NCBI GenBank assembly: GCA_963745035.1
Contig: CAVUVW010000015.1
Location: forward strand, 288,001-352,000
DNA length: 64,000 nt
From: an uncultured delta proteobacterium
Lineage (GTDB): Bacteria; Desulfobacterota; Binatia; UBA9968
Direction: 5' to 3'
Below the pieces are notes generated by a model that worked only from the letters and a program-made list of their open reading frames with translations, did not search any database and had not been told where the DNA came from. A program made the translations under genes and the position numbers. Each line of letters starts with the position of its first letter. Position 1 is the stretch's first letter. This document shows, in pieces, positions 42,002 through 53,845 of this stretch.

Positions 42002-42085
42002 GGAATATCGCCCATCACTCGCTGGCAATCGCAAACCCTCCAGCGCAAACCGCCGGATAACCGCGGCGGAATACACACAAGCCGA

Positions 42086-43576
42086 TTATTTTACGAAGAA
42101 GCGAAGCGACTCGCTGGTATATCGCAGCAGGGGGGCGAAATAGATGCCGAACACGACCGTCAGGAGCGTGAGGGGCGCGAGAAGGGTGAAATTAAAGTCG
42201 CCGGCGCCGAGGGATACTGTTTTATCCTCCGGGTTGGGCGCATCCAAAAACATCGTCTTGATGATCTTGGCGTAGTAATAGAGCGACACGACGCTGTTCA
42301 TGACCGCAACGAGAGCCAAGAGGACGAACACCCCGCCTTCTTTGAGAACCGCAGCGAACAAGAAAAACTTGCCGATGAATCCGGCGAACGGCGGCAAGCC
42401 GGTCAAAGAAAGTAAAAAGATCGCCAGGCAGACCGCGGGTACGACGGCGCCGCGCCAGGCCAGACCGCGGTAGCTCTCGATGTCTTCGCCGCCGGTGACG
42501 TTGGCGATCATGCCGACGACCAAAAACGCGCCGAGATTCATGATGAGGTAAACGACCACGTAAAACAAAATCGCCGAGAGCCCTTCGTTGTTCAGCACCG
42601 CCAGGCCCATCAGCATATAGCCGGCATGCGCGATCCCCGAGTAGGCGAGCATGCGCTTTAAATTACGCTGGTTGAGAGCGCAGAGATTGCCGACCGTCAT
42701 CGTGATCATGCTCACGAACAACAGCACATGCGGCCACTCCACACCGGAGATGAATGCCCATTCCCCGCCCGGAACCATGCGCGAGACGCCGGGAAAAAAG
42801 AATCGGATCATGATCGCTATGCCGGCGGCGTTGGAGGCGACGGAGAGAAACGCCGTGAACGGCGTTGGCGCGCCCTGGTAGACATCGGGCGACCACATGT
42901 GGAAAGGCACGAAAACGATCTTGTAGCCGAAACCCGCCATGATGAAGACAAACGCGATAAACAGCGCCGCCTTGTTGATCTCGGGTTGCGCCAGCGCGAC
43001 TTGAATGGCGGCGTAGTCCAGGCTGCCGGTCATGCCGAAGATCCAGCTCATGCCGTAAATCATCGTGCCGGACGCGACGCCGCCGTAGATCAAGTATTTC
43101 AGCGCCGCTTCGCTGGAGCGACGATTGCGCGGCAGGAAGCCCGTGAGAACATAAGAAGTCAAGCTCACCAGCTCGAGCGAGAGATAGGCCATCAGCAAAT
43201 TGCTCGACGAGGCCATGAAAAACATGCCGAGCGTGCAAGTGAGCAGCAGCGCGTAATACTCGCCCTGGTAAACTTGCTTGATTTCGTTGCTGCCGAGCGA
43301 CATCAAGATGCAAAGAATCGCCGCTGCCAGGGCGAGGACTTTAAAAAACAAACTGAAGCTGTCGAGGATTATCATCCGGTGAAAAAGCCAACCGGGTTGC
43401 GCGCTATAAAGATCGAAAGTGGCGATCAGAGCGGCGACGCTGCCGGCGAGCGCGATCAGAGCCAGCCGATCCTTGGCGCGCACGAGCAGGTCGAGAACGA
43501 TGATCAACAGGATCGTTCCCGAAAGGATGAACTCCGGATAAAAGAAGCTGAGACTGCCGATGTTCTTTAAGTCCAT
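42086..43576 (-). CDS. nuoN: NADH-quinone oxidoreductase subunit N
   Basis: EAALKY, KIVFVPFHMWSPDVYQGAP, KRMLAYS and GLPPFAGFIGK. Confidence 0.95.
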   Translation of the reverse strand: MDLKNIGSLSFFYPEFILSGTILLIIVLDLLVRAKDRLALIALAGSVAALIATFDLYSAQPGWLFHRMIILDSFSLFFKVLALAAAILCILMSLGSNEIKQVYQGEYYALLLTCTLGMFFMASSSNLLMAYLSLELVSLTSYVLTGFLPRNRRSSEAALKYLIYGGVASGTMIYGMSWIFGMTGSLDYAAIQVALAQPEINKAALFIAFVFIMAGFGYKIVFVPFHMWSPDVYQGAPTPFTAFLSVASNAAGIAIMIRFFFPGVSRMVPGGEWAFISGVEWPHVLLFVSMITMTVGNLCALNQRNLKRMLAYSGIAHAGYMLMGLAVLNNEGLSAILFYVVVYLIMNLGAFLVVGMIANVTGGEDIESYRGLAWRGAVVPAVCLAIFLLSLTGLPPFAGFIGKFFLFAAVLKEGGVFVLLALVAVMNSVVSLYYYAKIIKTMFLDAPNPEDKTVSLGAGDFNFTLLAPLTLLTVVFGIYFAPLLRYTSESLRFFVK

Positions 43577-43584
43577 GGGCGCGT

Positions 43585-45097
43585 TTAAAGGTGCGGCATA
43601 ATCGCTTGATTGATCTGATCCAACGAAGCGCGCAGCATGTCCAAGACCGCATTGGGGTAAATACCCACGATGATCACGATGGCGCCCAACGGCACCAAGG
43701 TGAACATTTCCCGGCCGTTGATTTCCGACAGCTTCAGATACTTTTCATTGGGTGGGCCGAGATAGACGCGCTGGATGGTCCAGAGCAGGTAACCCGCGGT
43801 CAGGATCACACCGCTGGCGCCCAGGATCGTCAAGACCGGATATTTCTGCCAGGTGCCGAGCAAAACCAGGATTTCCGAGATGAAGCCGGAAAGCCCGGGC
43901 AAACCCATGGAGGCAAAAAAGGCCAGGGCGGTCACACCCGTGTAGACCGGCATAATCGCCGCGAGGCCGCCGAAGCCGTCAATCTCACGGTGATGCGCCC
44001 GGTCGTAGATGACCCCGACCAAAAGGAAGAGCATGCCGGTGATCGTGCCATGATTGAACATCTGCAGCACGGCGCCGTTGATTCCCTGGGTGGTGAAGCT
44101 CGCCATGCCGAGCATGACATAGCCCATATGGCTCACGCTCGAATAAGCGACCAACTTCTTGAGGTCTTTTTGCGCCATGGCGCAAAGAGCGCCGTAAATG
44201 ATGTTCCATACGCCGAGAGCGCCCAAAAACCAAAACGCCAGGTCCGCGGTCGCCGCCGGCAGCATCGGAAAATTGACGCGCAGAATGCCGTACGTGCCCA
44301 TCTTCAAAAGCACGCCGGCGAGAATGACCGAGATAGCGGTCGGCGCCTCGACGTGGGCATCCGGCAGCCAGGTATGAAACGGAAACGCCGGTATCTTGAT
44401 CGCAAAGCCGATGAACATGCGCCATCCAGACCGCGTGCTGGAAACCCCAGCCGAGCTGATTGAACGGCCACATCGGCAGCGGCTCGGTGCCGAATTTGCC
44501 CGCCTGCGCCATCATGACCGTCATGTCGAAGGTGTGCGGTTCAACCGAAAAATACAGCGCGAGGATGGAGATCAGCATGAAAGCGCTGCCGAAAAACGTG
44601 TAGAGAAAGAACTTGATCGCGGCGTACTCGCGCCGCGGCCCGCCCCATATGCCGATCAGGAAGTACATGGGCAGCAGCATCACTTCCCAGAAAACAAAGA
44701 ACAGGAAAAAATCGAGGGCGCAGAAAACTCCCATCATGCCGGCGTCGAGCATGAGAAACAGCGCGAAGTAGCCTTTGACCGCTTTATCGATGCCAAAAGA
44801 AGCGAAGATGCAGAGAAAGCTCAACAGCGCGGTCAACAAAACCATGGAGATGCTGAGGCCGTCGACGCCCATGTAGTAGCTGATGTTGAAGGCGGGAATC
44901 CATTGATACTTCTCGACGAACTGAAAACCTGCTTGCTTGCGATCAAAGTTGGCGAACAGCCAGACTGCCATCAAGAGCGGCGGCACGGTCGCGGCGGCGG
45001 AGACCCAACGAATCAGCTTGGCGTTGTTCGGCAGCGCCAGCACGATCGCCGCTCCAGCGACCGGAATAAAGGTCATGTAGGTGAGCAAGTTTTCCAT
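43585..45097 (-). CDS. nuoM: NADH-quinone oxidoreductase subunit M (frameshift near 44420)
   Basis: GVDGLS, FWEVMLLPMY, FPFHTWLPDAHVEAP and AYSSVSHMG. Confidence 0.95.
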
Positions 45098-45118
45098 TTC
45101 CGAGATTCTCCCTAGAAA

Positions 45119-47155
45119 TCAGCTCCAGTAGCGGAGCTTGACAATGATCGCCAGCGCCACGGCGATCAAAATCCCATAAAGATAGCTGTTGATATTGCCG
45201 GTCTGAACTCGGCGAAACTTGTTGCCGGCCCAAAACGTGATGTTGGCAACCGCGTTGACGATGCCGTCGATGATGTAAGCATCGAACAGGCCGTTCAACC
45301 AGGAAATGAATCGGGTCACGCTCGCCGAGCCATTGACGATGCCGTCGATGACGTAGGCATCGAACGCGGACAAAACTTTGGCGAGCAGCAAGGAGCCGTT
45401 GACGAACAGAACCTGATAAATCTCGTCGACATACCACTTGCGGTCGAACAGCCGATAAAAAAACCCGCCCGCAAGATTGGCGAATACTGCCGGCGAAATG
45501 CTCTCGCGCCGGTACATGAGGTAGGCGACGAAGGCGCCGCAGCGATGCCACGCCGACGGAGAGTGCCATCAAACCCCATTCCAAAGCATGGGAGCCGTGG
45601 TGCTCTTCGTGATGAATCACCGGCTCGAGCCAATGCGCGAACTGGCTGCCGCCCAACACCGCCGGCAGGCCGATGAATCCGGCGAGCACAGCGCCGGCCG
45701 CCAAGCACGACAAGCGGCATCGTCATCACCGACGGCGATTCATGGAGGTGTTCCTGGGTATGATGGTCGGCGCGGCAGTCGCCGTAGAAGGTCATAAAGA
45801 GCTGGCGGAACATGTAGAACGCGGTCATGCCGGCACCGCACAGGGCAAAGAACCAGATTTCCCAGTGGTGACCGGAAGCGGCGAGCCAGAGAATCTCGTC
45901 CTTGGAAAAGAACCCCGCGAACGGCGGGAAGCCGGCAATGGCGAGCACAGAAATAAAAAACGTCGCAAAAGTGATCGGCATCCATGTCTTGAGCCCGCCC
46001 ATTTTGCGCATGTCCTGCTCATGATGCATGGCGTGGATCACGCTGCCGGAGCCGAGGAACAAGCAGGCTTTGAAGAACGCGTGGGTCATCAAATGAAAAA
46101 CCGCCGCGGCATAGCCGCCGACGCCGACGCCGATAAACATGTAGCCGAGCTGGCTGACCGTGGAATAGGCTAGGACTTTCTTGATGTCGTACTGGGTGAG
46201 CGCAATCGTTGCGGCGACCAGCGCGGTGGCGACGCCGATGACGGCGATCACATTCAAAGTGTCCGGCGCCATGGAAAAGAAAACGTTCATGCGCGCGGTC
46301 ATGTAAACGCCGGCGGTCACCATGGTGGCGGCATGGATGAGCGCGCTCACCGGCGTCGGCCCGGCCATGGCGTCGGGAAGCCAGACAAACAAGCGGAATC
46401 TGCGCCGATTTACCAGTCGCGCCGACAAAGAGGAACAGGGTCGCCACGGTCGCCACCGGCATGCCCCAGATCATCATGTCCTTGATCGACGGCGCCCATT
46501 TCACCATATCGCGAAACGTCAAGGTGCCGTGCCCCTGCGCGTCGAGCGACCAGAACAGCAAAAACATGCCGAGGACGAAACCGAAGTCGCCGACCCGGTT
46601 GACGATAAAAGCTTTATTGCCGGCGCGAGCGTTGGCATGGTCGGTGTACCAAAAGCCGATCAGCGCGTAGGAGCACAAACCGACGCCCTCCCAGCCGACA
46701 AACAACAGCAGCAGGCTGTCGCCCAATACCAAGGTCAGCATGGCCGCGGTGAACAAATTGAGATAGGCGAAGAAGCGCCAGAACGCCTTGTCGTCGTGCA
46801 TGTAGCCGGTGGCGTAGATGTGAATCAAGCCGCCGATGCCGGTGACGATGAGGATCATGACGGCCGAGAGCGGGTCGACCATGAAGGCCATGTCGACCTT
46901 CAGCGAGCCGAGATCGATCCAGCGATAGAGATTATCGATGAGAAAGCGCTTTTCCGGTTCGAGACCGACGAGAATGAAGAACGCCCAAACCGACAGACCG
47001 AAGGCGATCACCACCGGCGCGCACGCGATCAGTCCGATGGCGCCTTTGCCCATGCTCTTCTGGATCTTCGCGCCTAATAGGCCGTTAACGATCGCGCCGA
47101 GCAACGGCAAGAAAACGATCCAGCGAATAAAATCTGTCTGTATCGGGTTTTCCAT
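45119..47155 (-). CDS. nuoL: NADH-quinone oxidoreductase subunit L (about 3 frameshifts)
   Basis: [46 protein letters not shown] and QTGNINSY. Confidence 0.93.
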
Positions 47156-47266
47156 AGAGTTACAGTGAGAAGAAGTCCGTGAACAGTGAACCGCGCATAG
47201 ATTCAACTTTAATGTGCGTCTGGAATCTCCTCACGCCTCACTTCTCACAACTTAACCTTCACTACT

Positions 47267-47578
47267 TTACTCTTTCAGCGTTTCCGCCGCTTCGACATCG
47301 ATGGTATTGAAGAGCTGGAAGATCGCGAGCACGATGGCCAAGCCGACCGCCGCCTCCGCGGCGGCCAGCATGATCACGAAAATCGCATAGATCTGCCCGT
47401 CGGCGTTGCCGCTACCAAAATGCGAGAACGCGACATAATTGATATTAGCGCTGTTGAGGATAAGCTCGACGCCCATCAACACGCTGATCGCATTGCGCCG
47501 CGTCAACACGGTGAAAAGTCCGAGGGCGAAGAGAATCGCGCCGATGATGAGATAAGAAGAGAGGTCGTTCGGCGACAT
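47267..47578 (-). CDS. nuoK: NADH-quinone oxidoreductase subunit K
   Basis: RRN..LMGVELILN and AAAEAAVGLA. Confidence 0.95.
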   Translation of the reverse strand: MSPNDLSSYLIIGAILFALGLFTVLTRRNAISVLMGVELILNSANINYVAFSHFGSGNADGQIYAIFVIMLAAAEAAVGLAIVLAIFQLFNTIDVEAAETLKE

Positions 47579-47579
47579 G

Positions 47580-48080
47580 CTACTCTTTGATCTCCTTGCG
47601 CGACAGCACGACCGCGCCGATCATGGCCGCAAGCAAAACCAAAGAGGCCAGCTCGAACGGAAGCAGATAGGTGTAGAGAAAAAGATCGCCGATCTTTCCC
47701 GCCGTGGCTTCGTAAACCAGTTGCTTCGCCTTGACCCATGGGGTTTCCATGGCGGTGTCGATCAAGAGATAAGCGAGGACGCCGACAACGATCAGCGCGG
47801 GAATTGTTCCGGCGGATCGGTTGGTGACCTGCACGTCGGTTATGCGGTGGGTCAACATGACCGCGAATAGAATCAGCACGAGAATGCCGCCGACATAAAT
47901 CAGCACTTGAACCGCCGCCACGAAGTCGGCGCCGAGGAAAACATAAAGCCCGGCGACGCCCATAAACGTGCCGAGCAGAGAGAACGCCGAGTAAATAATA
48001 TTGCGGGAAAACGCCACCATCGCGGCGGAACCCACCGTAATGAGAGCGATTAGATAGAAAACCGCCGTCGAAACGTCCAT
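47580..48080 (-). CDS. nuoJ: NADH-quinone oxidoreductase subunit J
   Basis: QVLIYVGGI..LFAVML and PFELAS. Confidence 0.95.
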   Translation of the reverse strand: MDVSTAVFYLIALITVGSAAMVAFSRNIIYSAFSLLGTFMGVAGLYVFLGADFVAAVQVLIYVGGILVLILFAVMLTHRITDVQVTNRSAGTIPALIVVGVLAYLLIDTAMETPWVKAKQLVYEATAGKIGDLFLYTYLLPFELASLVLLAAMIGAVVLSRKEIKE

Positions 48081-48201
48081 ATCATTCTATAACTGTTGGG
48101 ATCGCGGAAAGTTGAAGATGTTTTCGGTCACTTACCGGAAGATCCGACTCGAATCAAGGGGTAAAAACGCGGCACTTCTTTCGCTACCCCGCATCAGCGT
48201 A

Positions 48202-48769
48202 TCAACTGCCGCCCTCCTCTGCTGCGGCCCCTCCACCGTCCGGCGTGGCAAACTCATCGAGGTACTTCTGTCCGATATCGACTTTCGTAGCGAGCTTTGG
48301 ATCGGTCTCGCCACCCTTCTTCGGCTTGTAAAGGTTCTGCATCTGCGGCGCGAAGTGGCGCACCAGGCCGGCCGGGTTGTAGCTCGCGCCTTCAAATTCT
48401 TGCGAATGGCGAATCGATCCGGTCGGACAGACTTCCGAACACAGCCCGCAATACATGCATTTGCAAACATCGATGTCGAAGTGAGTGAACTGGCGTTGCT
48501 TGGTTTCCTTATTCTGCGTCGATGCCGATCGTGATGCAGGTGATCGGACACACTCTTTCGCAGGCCAAACAGCCCGTGCAGATGTCGAGATCGACTTCAA
48601 GAATACCTCGGTAGCGGAGCGGCAAAGTATCCTGAATCGGCACCGGAATCTTGTCCGGATACTGAATCGTCATGGGACGGCGTATCAAATGCGAAAAAGT
48701 GATCGACATTCCCTCGAACGTCGAAGCGATCACTTGGCAAATATCTTTTCCGTAACTTAGAACACCCAT
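48202..48769 (-). CDS. nuoI: NADH-quinone oxidoreductase subunit I (frameshift near 48515)
   Basis: TIQYP; two 4Fe-4S motifs CTGCLACERVCP and CMYCGLCSEVCP. Confidence 0.92.
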
Positions 48770-48782
48770 AAAACCTCGATCC

Positions 48783-49980
48783 CTAGATATGCGGTTTAAA
48801 GTATAGCTCGGGCCGGGCGTTGTCGATCTGAAATTTCACCCGTATGACGAATAGGATGACGATTGCGATACCGAAGCCCAAGGTCGCCGCGCCGATGACG
48901 CGACGCAGGTCATCGGGCACGAACATAAATCCGATGGTACCGAGCAAGCAGACAAACGACAGCGGCACCATATATTTCCAACAAAGCCCCATCAATTGAT
49001 CGACGCGCACGCGCGGCAAAGTCGCGCGCACCCACATGGCGACAAAAACCCACAAATACGCCTTTAAGAAAAACGTTGTGAACTGCGCGATGCCGAGCAG
49101 CACCGGACTATTTTCGAAAATCGGCAGCGGCGGCACCTGCCATCCGCCCAAAAAGAGCGTGGTCGCGACCGCGCCGATGACGTAGAGATTGCCCCACTCG
49201 GCGAAAAAGAAGAACAGAAAGCGCATGCCGCTGTATTCGGTGACATAGCCGGCGACGAGCTCCGATTCGGCTTCGGGAATGTCGAACGGCGTGCGGTTGC
49301 CTTCGGCGAGCGCCGCGGTGAAGTAGAGAAAAAACGCCGCAAAAGTGAATGGATTATGGAACAGGAACCAATCCCACGGTCCCCAACCTTGCGCCTTGAT
49401 GATGCCCTGCATGCTCATCGTGCCGGCAAGAAACACGATCGTCACGATCGATACGCCCGCGGGAATTTCATAGCTGACGATCTGTGCCGCCGAGCGCATG
49501 CCGCCGAGCAGCGACCATTTGTTGTTCGACGCCCAGCCCGCCATGAGGATGCCGACGACCACCAGCGACGTGACCGCGAGAACGTACAGGATACCGATGT
49601 TGAGATCGGCGACGATCAGAGCTTGCGCCGAAGGGAATGACGACGAAGGTGCAGAGAAAGCCCATGAACACGATATACGGCGCCAGAGAAAACAGCTTGG
49701 AATCGGCCGCGGCAGGAATCAAATCTTCCTTGAGCAGATTCTTGATGCCGTCGGCGAGCCACTGAAGAATCCCTTGCGGCCCGACCCGGTTGGGCCCGAC
49801 CCGCGACTGCATGCGCGCCCAAACCCGCCGTTCGAGCCAACTGGTCACGCCGGCAAGCGGCGCGACGAAAACCGAAAGCACGACGAAGGCGACGAGCACC
49901 ATCGCAAGCGCATAAACGACTTCTTTCGGCATACCGGCGAAGGCGCCGTCTTGAATCAACTGATCAATATAAGGTTGCAT
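48783..49980 (-). CDS. nuoH: NADH-quinone oxidoreductase subunit H (frameshift near 49620)
   Basis: ERR..RVGPNRVG, ADGIK..KE, SYE and NRTPFD.PEAESELVAG..EYSG. Confidence 0.95.
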
Positions 49981-50000
49981 GATTTATCTACGACTCGAAT

Positions 50001-51142
50001 TCAGCGATCGATCTCGGGCGCGTCGACATCGAGACTGCCGATCAAAGCGATCAGGTCCGCGAGCATGATACCCTTGCTGAGCTTATCGATGATGGCCATA
50101 GCGGTAAACGATCCCGTGCGGATACGCACCCGGTAAGGATACTCGCTGCCGTCGCTGACGACGTAAAAGCCCATGTCGCCGCGCGGCGCTTCGACCCGAG
50201 CGTAGCATTCGCCCGCCGGCGGTCTGAACTTGCGCGGCACCTTCGAAATCGCCGGCCCCTTGGGCATCATCTTCAGACACTGGCGTAAGATTTTGCAGCT
50301 TTCCTGCATTTCGCGGATGCGCACCCAGTAACGATCGAAGCTGTCGCCGAGCGTGCCCACGTGCGCGGTGCCGATCGGCACTTCGAATTCCAATTCAGGA
50401 TAGACGGAATAAGGAATATCGCGCCGGATATCCCATTTGATCCCCGAGCCGCGCAGGTTCGGCCCGACCAGATTGTACGAAAACGCGTCTTCTCTGCTGA
50501 CGATCGCGACTCCGGCCAAGCGCTCAATGAAAATCTTATTGCCCGACAGCAGACGATTGAACTCATCGACGATCGGCTCGAGATGATCGATAAACTCGCC
50601 GATCTTGGCGAGCAAGTCTCCGGAACGATATCGTAGCCGACGCCGCCGATGCGGATATAATTGTAGGTCAGCCGCGCGCCGCAGATCTCTTCCATCAAGT
50701 TATTGACGGTTTCCCGCTCTCTGAGCGCGTGCACGAACGGCGTCATGGCGCCGATGTCCTGACCGAAAGTGCCGACGGAGATCAGATGGCTGGCGATGCG
50801 GTTGAGCTCGCAGGCGATCACGCGGCAAAACTCGCCGCGCCGGGTCACCTCGGTGCCGGCAAGCTTTTCCGCCGCCATGCAGAACGCCTGATTGGCGAAC
50901 ATCGCGGCTAGATAATCGGCCCGATCGGTATACGGCACGTAGCCGTGATAGGTCACCTTCTCGCCGATTTTCTCGATCGAACGATGCAGATAGCCGACGT
51001 CGGGGATGGCCTCGCTGATGACTTCACCGTCGGTCTTGACCACAAAGCGCAGCACGCCATGGGTGCTCGGATGCTGCGGCCCGACACTGATGGTCATGTC
51101 TTCGGTATTTAGACCGGTCCCTGTTTCAATCGATTCGTTCAT
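50001..51142 (-). CDS. nuoD: NADH-quinone oxidoreductase subunit D (frameshift near 50615)
   Basis: [26 protein letters not shown] and C-terminal EIDR. Confidence 0.95.
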
Positions 51143-51145
51143 AAT

Positions 51146-51653
51146 CTAGCGCAGCAGTTTTTCCACCAATGGCGCGCGTTGCGTGCTGATGCCGTCGTAT
51201 TCTTCCTGTTCGACGTAGTCTTTGCGCAGCGGATAGCCCGTCCAATCTTCGGGCAACATGATGCGTCTAAATCGCTGTGGCCGTCGAAAATCACGCCGAA
51301 CAAGTCATAGATTTCGCGCTCGAACCAATTGGCGACCTTCCAGACACCCTCGACGGTTGCGAGCTTCGGGTTGTCGCGCGGCAGATCGACTTTGAGCACG
51401 ATCTGATGATTATGCTTGTAAGAAAACAGGTGATAGACGACTTGAATTTTTTCGTCTTTCGGCCAATCGAGCGCGGTCAAGTCCGAAAGAACTTCGAAAT
51501 CCATCCCGGCGCGGTCGCGCAGAAAACGGCAGACCTCCACGATCGACGATCCGTCGCGACGGTCAAATAGGGCTCCAAGACCTCGGCCTTTAGATCGCTG
51601 ACTTGACCGGGGAATTGCTGCTCTAAAGCGGCGTAAATCTCTTGTGCGTCCAT
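51146..51653 (-). CDS. nuoC: NADH-quinone oxidoreductase subunit C (frameshifted)
   Basis: LSDLTALD, ANWFEREIYDLFG and (shifted frame) PEDW.GYPLRKDY. Confidence 0.92.
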
Positions 51654-51667
51654 TGGCCGGGTCCGGC

Positions 51668-52183
51668 CTACGCCTCAGCGGCCCGCTCCTCCGCCGGACG
51701 CGACGGCTTGACCAGCCAGCGCTCGCGCATCATTTTGTCTTGAATCCGCAGCAGCCCTTCGGTCAGCGCCTCCGGCCGCGGCGGACATCCCGGCACGTAA
51801 ACGTCGACCGGAATGATCTTGTCCACGCCTTTGCAAACCGAGTAGGCCAGCTGAAAGAGCCCGCCGCAGTTCGAGCAACTGCCCATCGAAATGACGTACT
51901 TCGGATCGGGCATCTGGTCGTAGAGCAGCTTGGTTCGCTTGGCCATCTTGTAAGTCAGCGTGCCCGCGACGATCATCAGATCGGATTGCCGCGGCGTAGC
52001 GCGCGGCACCGCGCCAAAACGATCCAAGTCCGCCCGCGGCCCGCCGGTCTGCATGAGCTCGATGGCGCAGCAAGCCAGGCCGAAAAGCATGTACCACTGA
52101 GACGAAGCTCGGCCCCAGTTGAGAATGTCATCAACTTTCGTTGTGAAAACCGTCTCCGGCAGGGAATTGATCAAAGGTTTCAT
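51668..52183 (-). CDS. nuoB: NADH-quinone oxidoreductase subunit B
   Basis: [18 protein letters not shown] and [10 protein letters not shown]. Confidence 0.97.
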   Translation of the reverse strand: MKPLINSLPETVFTTKVDDILNWGRASSQWYMLFGLACCAIELMQTGGPRADLDRFGAVPRATPRQSDLMIVAGTLTYKMAKRTKLLYDQMPDPKYVISMGSCSNCGGLFQLAYSVCKGVDKIIPVDVYVPGCPPRPEALTEGLLRIQDKMMRERWLVKPSRPAEERAAEA

Positions 52184-52202
52184 CCCACGTCTCCTGACAG
52201 GA

Positions 52203-52589
52203 TCAAGCCCGGACCTTTTTTATCCAATCCAGATCTCCCTTGACCCAGGCGTAAACCAACCCGAGAAAAAGAATGCCGACGAAAATCAGAATCTCAATCA
52301 ACGCGAATACACCCACTCCGCCTTCGACCCAGCGCCGAAACACCGAAGCCACAGGGAAGAGAAAGGCGATTTCAACTTCGAAAATGATAAAGATCAGCGC
52401 TACAAGGTAAAACCGGATGTTGAAGTTGACCCAGGCGCTGCCCATCGCCGGCTCGCCACATTCATAGGTCGACAATTTACGGGCTTGGGGATTGGATGGG
52501 CGCAGCAAGCGCCCGATCAGCAGATTGACTCCGACAAACCCAAGCCCTAATGCCGTAAACACTAGGACATTAGCAAAATCAAATAACAT
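52203..52589 (-). CDS. nuoA: NADH-quinone oxidoreductase subunit A
   Basis: YECG and [18 protein letters not shown]. Confidence 0.95.
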   Translation of the reverse strand: MLFDFANVLVFTALGLGFVGVNLLIGRLLRPSNPQARKLSTYECGEPAMGSAWVNFNIRFYLVALIFIIFEVEIAFLFPVASVFRRWVEGGVGVFALIEILIFVGILFLGLVYAWVKGDLDWIKKVRA

Positions 52590-52807
52590 CGCAATTTTCC
52601 GAAATTACACCGAGAGAAGAGTCTATCATCTTAATAACCACAAAAGCTCCGCAGAATCAACCGATTGCGCGGTGAGCGGACGACCGTTTTGTTTGCCATG
52701 CCGCGCTTTTTTGACTAGAGTCAGCGCCAATTCCTATAGATATTGTTTCACAGTGCCCCACACATGCCAAGCACGCGTCCGTTCAACGAAAAAGGAGCCA
52801 GGAAGCC

Positions 52808-53773
52808 GTGACACTGGGGTCGAAAGCCTGGACGGCAATGCTGATTCTCGCGGCATATTGCGCCGTCGCGGTCGCGGCCGCTCATGGTCAAGATCGCTTG
52901 CCCATAGTTCGCACCGCCTACAGCGCCCTTTCGGCGGGGATAGGCACGCTCTGGCTGACCCAGGAAGATGGACATTTTAGGAAGCATGGTCTCGATTCCA
53001 ATTTGATCTATATCCGCGGCGGCACCACCGCGGTCCAGGCGCTTCTCGCCGGAGAAATCCAGTTTGGCCATCTGTCCCCCGCGCCGATGATGACCGCCTG
53101 GGCACAGGGCGCCGACTTTGTCTGGATCGGCACGACCACACACCAGATGGTTTTCACCCTGCTCGCCGAACCCACGATCACGAAAGGTTCCGATCTCAAG
53201 GGCAAGCGAATCGGCATCACGCGCATCGGCTCGGCCAGCGATCTGGCCGTGCGCACGGCGCTCGAACAATTCGGTCTCGGACCCAAGGATGCCACGATGA
53301 TTTCGCTGGGCGGCATTCCCGACATCCTCGCCGCCATGCGCGCGGGGGCAGTGAACGCCGGAATTTTGTCGCCGCCGACCTCGACCGCTGCGCGCGACTT
53401 AGGCTACCGGCCTTTGCTGCATATTCCTGACCTGGGCAGGGAATTCACTTTTTCCGGGATTGCCGCCCGCCGTTCCTTCGTTCAAAGCCAACCTGGGATC
53501 GCGCGCGCTTACATGGCGTCACTGACCGATGGCGCAAAAATCTATCGCGAAGACAGCCGCGCCGCGTTGCGTGTCTTGCGAAAATACTTGCGCGCCGACG
53601 AGCGCATTTTGGAAGGCGGTTACAAGGAATACGACGCGGCGATTACGAGCCCGCCATATCCCGGCCTCAAAGGCCTCGAGGCCGTGCGCGACAGTCTTGT
53701 GGATTCCACACCCCAGCTCAAGGGAGTTGATTTGCGAAAATTCGTCGACGATCGTTTCGTCAAAACAAAATAG
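52808..53773 (+). CDS. ABC-type substrate-binding protein, SsuA/THI5-like
   Basis: Signal peptide; FRKHGLD and DLKGKRIGITRIGSASD; possible promoter TTGACT-N18-TATAGA at 52711-52740. Confidence 0.88.
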   Translation: MTLGSKAWTAMLILAAYCAVAVAAAHGQDRLPIVRTAYSALSAGIGTLWLTQEDGHFRKHGLDSNLIYIRGGTTAVQALLAGEIQFGHLSPAPMMTAWAQGADFVWIGTTTHQMVFTLLAEPTITKGSDLKGKRIGITRIGSASDLAVRTALEQFGLGPKDATMISLGGIPDILAAMRAGAVNAGILSPPTSTAARDLGYRPLLHIPDLGREFTFSGIAARRSFVQSQPGIARAYMASLTDGAKIYREDSRAALRVLRKYLRADERILEGGYKEYDAAITSPPYPGLKGLEAVRDSLVDSTPQLKGVDLRKFVDDRFVKTK

Positions 53774-53801
53774 TCTTGGTCTTCGCATCCGAGATCTGAC
53801 G

Positions 53802-53831
53802 TTTGAACCTTGAACATTTGAACTTTTGAAC
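53802..53831. repeat. Short tandem repeat (TTGAAC core) x4
   Basis: TTTGAAC CTTGAAC ATTTGAAC TTTTGAAC, directly upstream of the hydrolase RBS. Confidence 0.6.
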
Positions 53832-53845
53832 CGGCCGGAGGCCAG

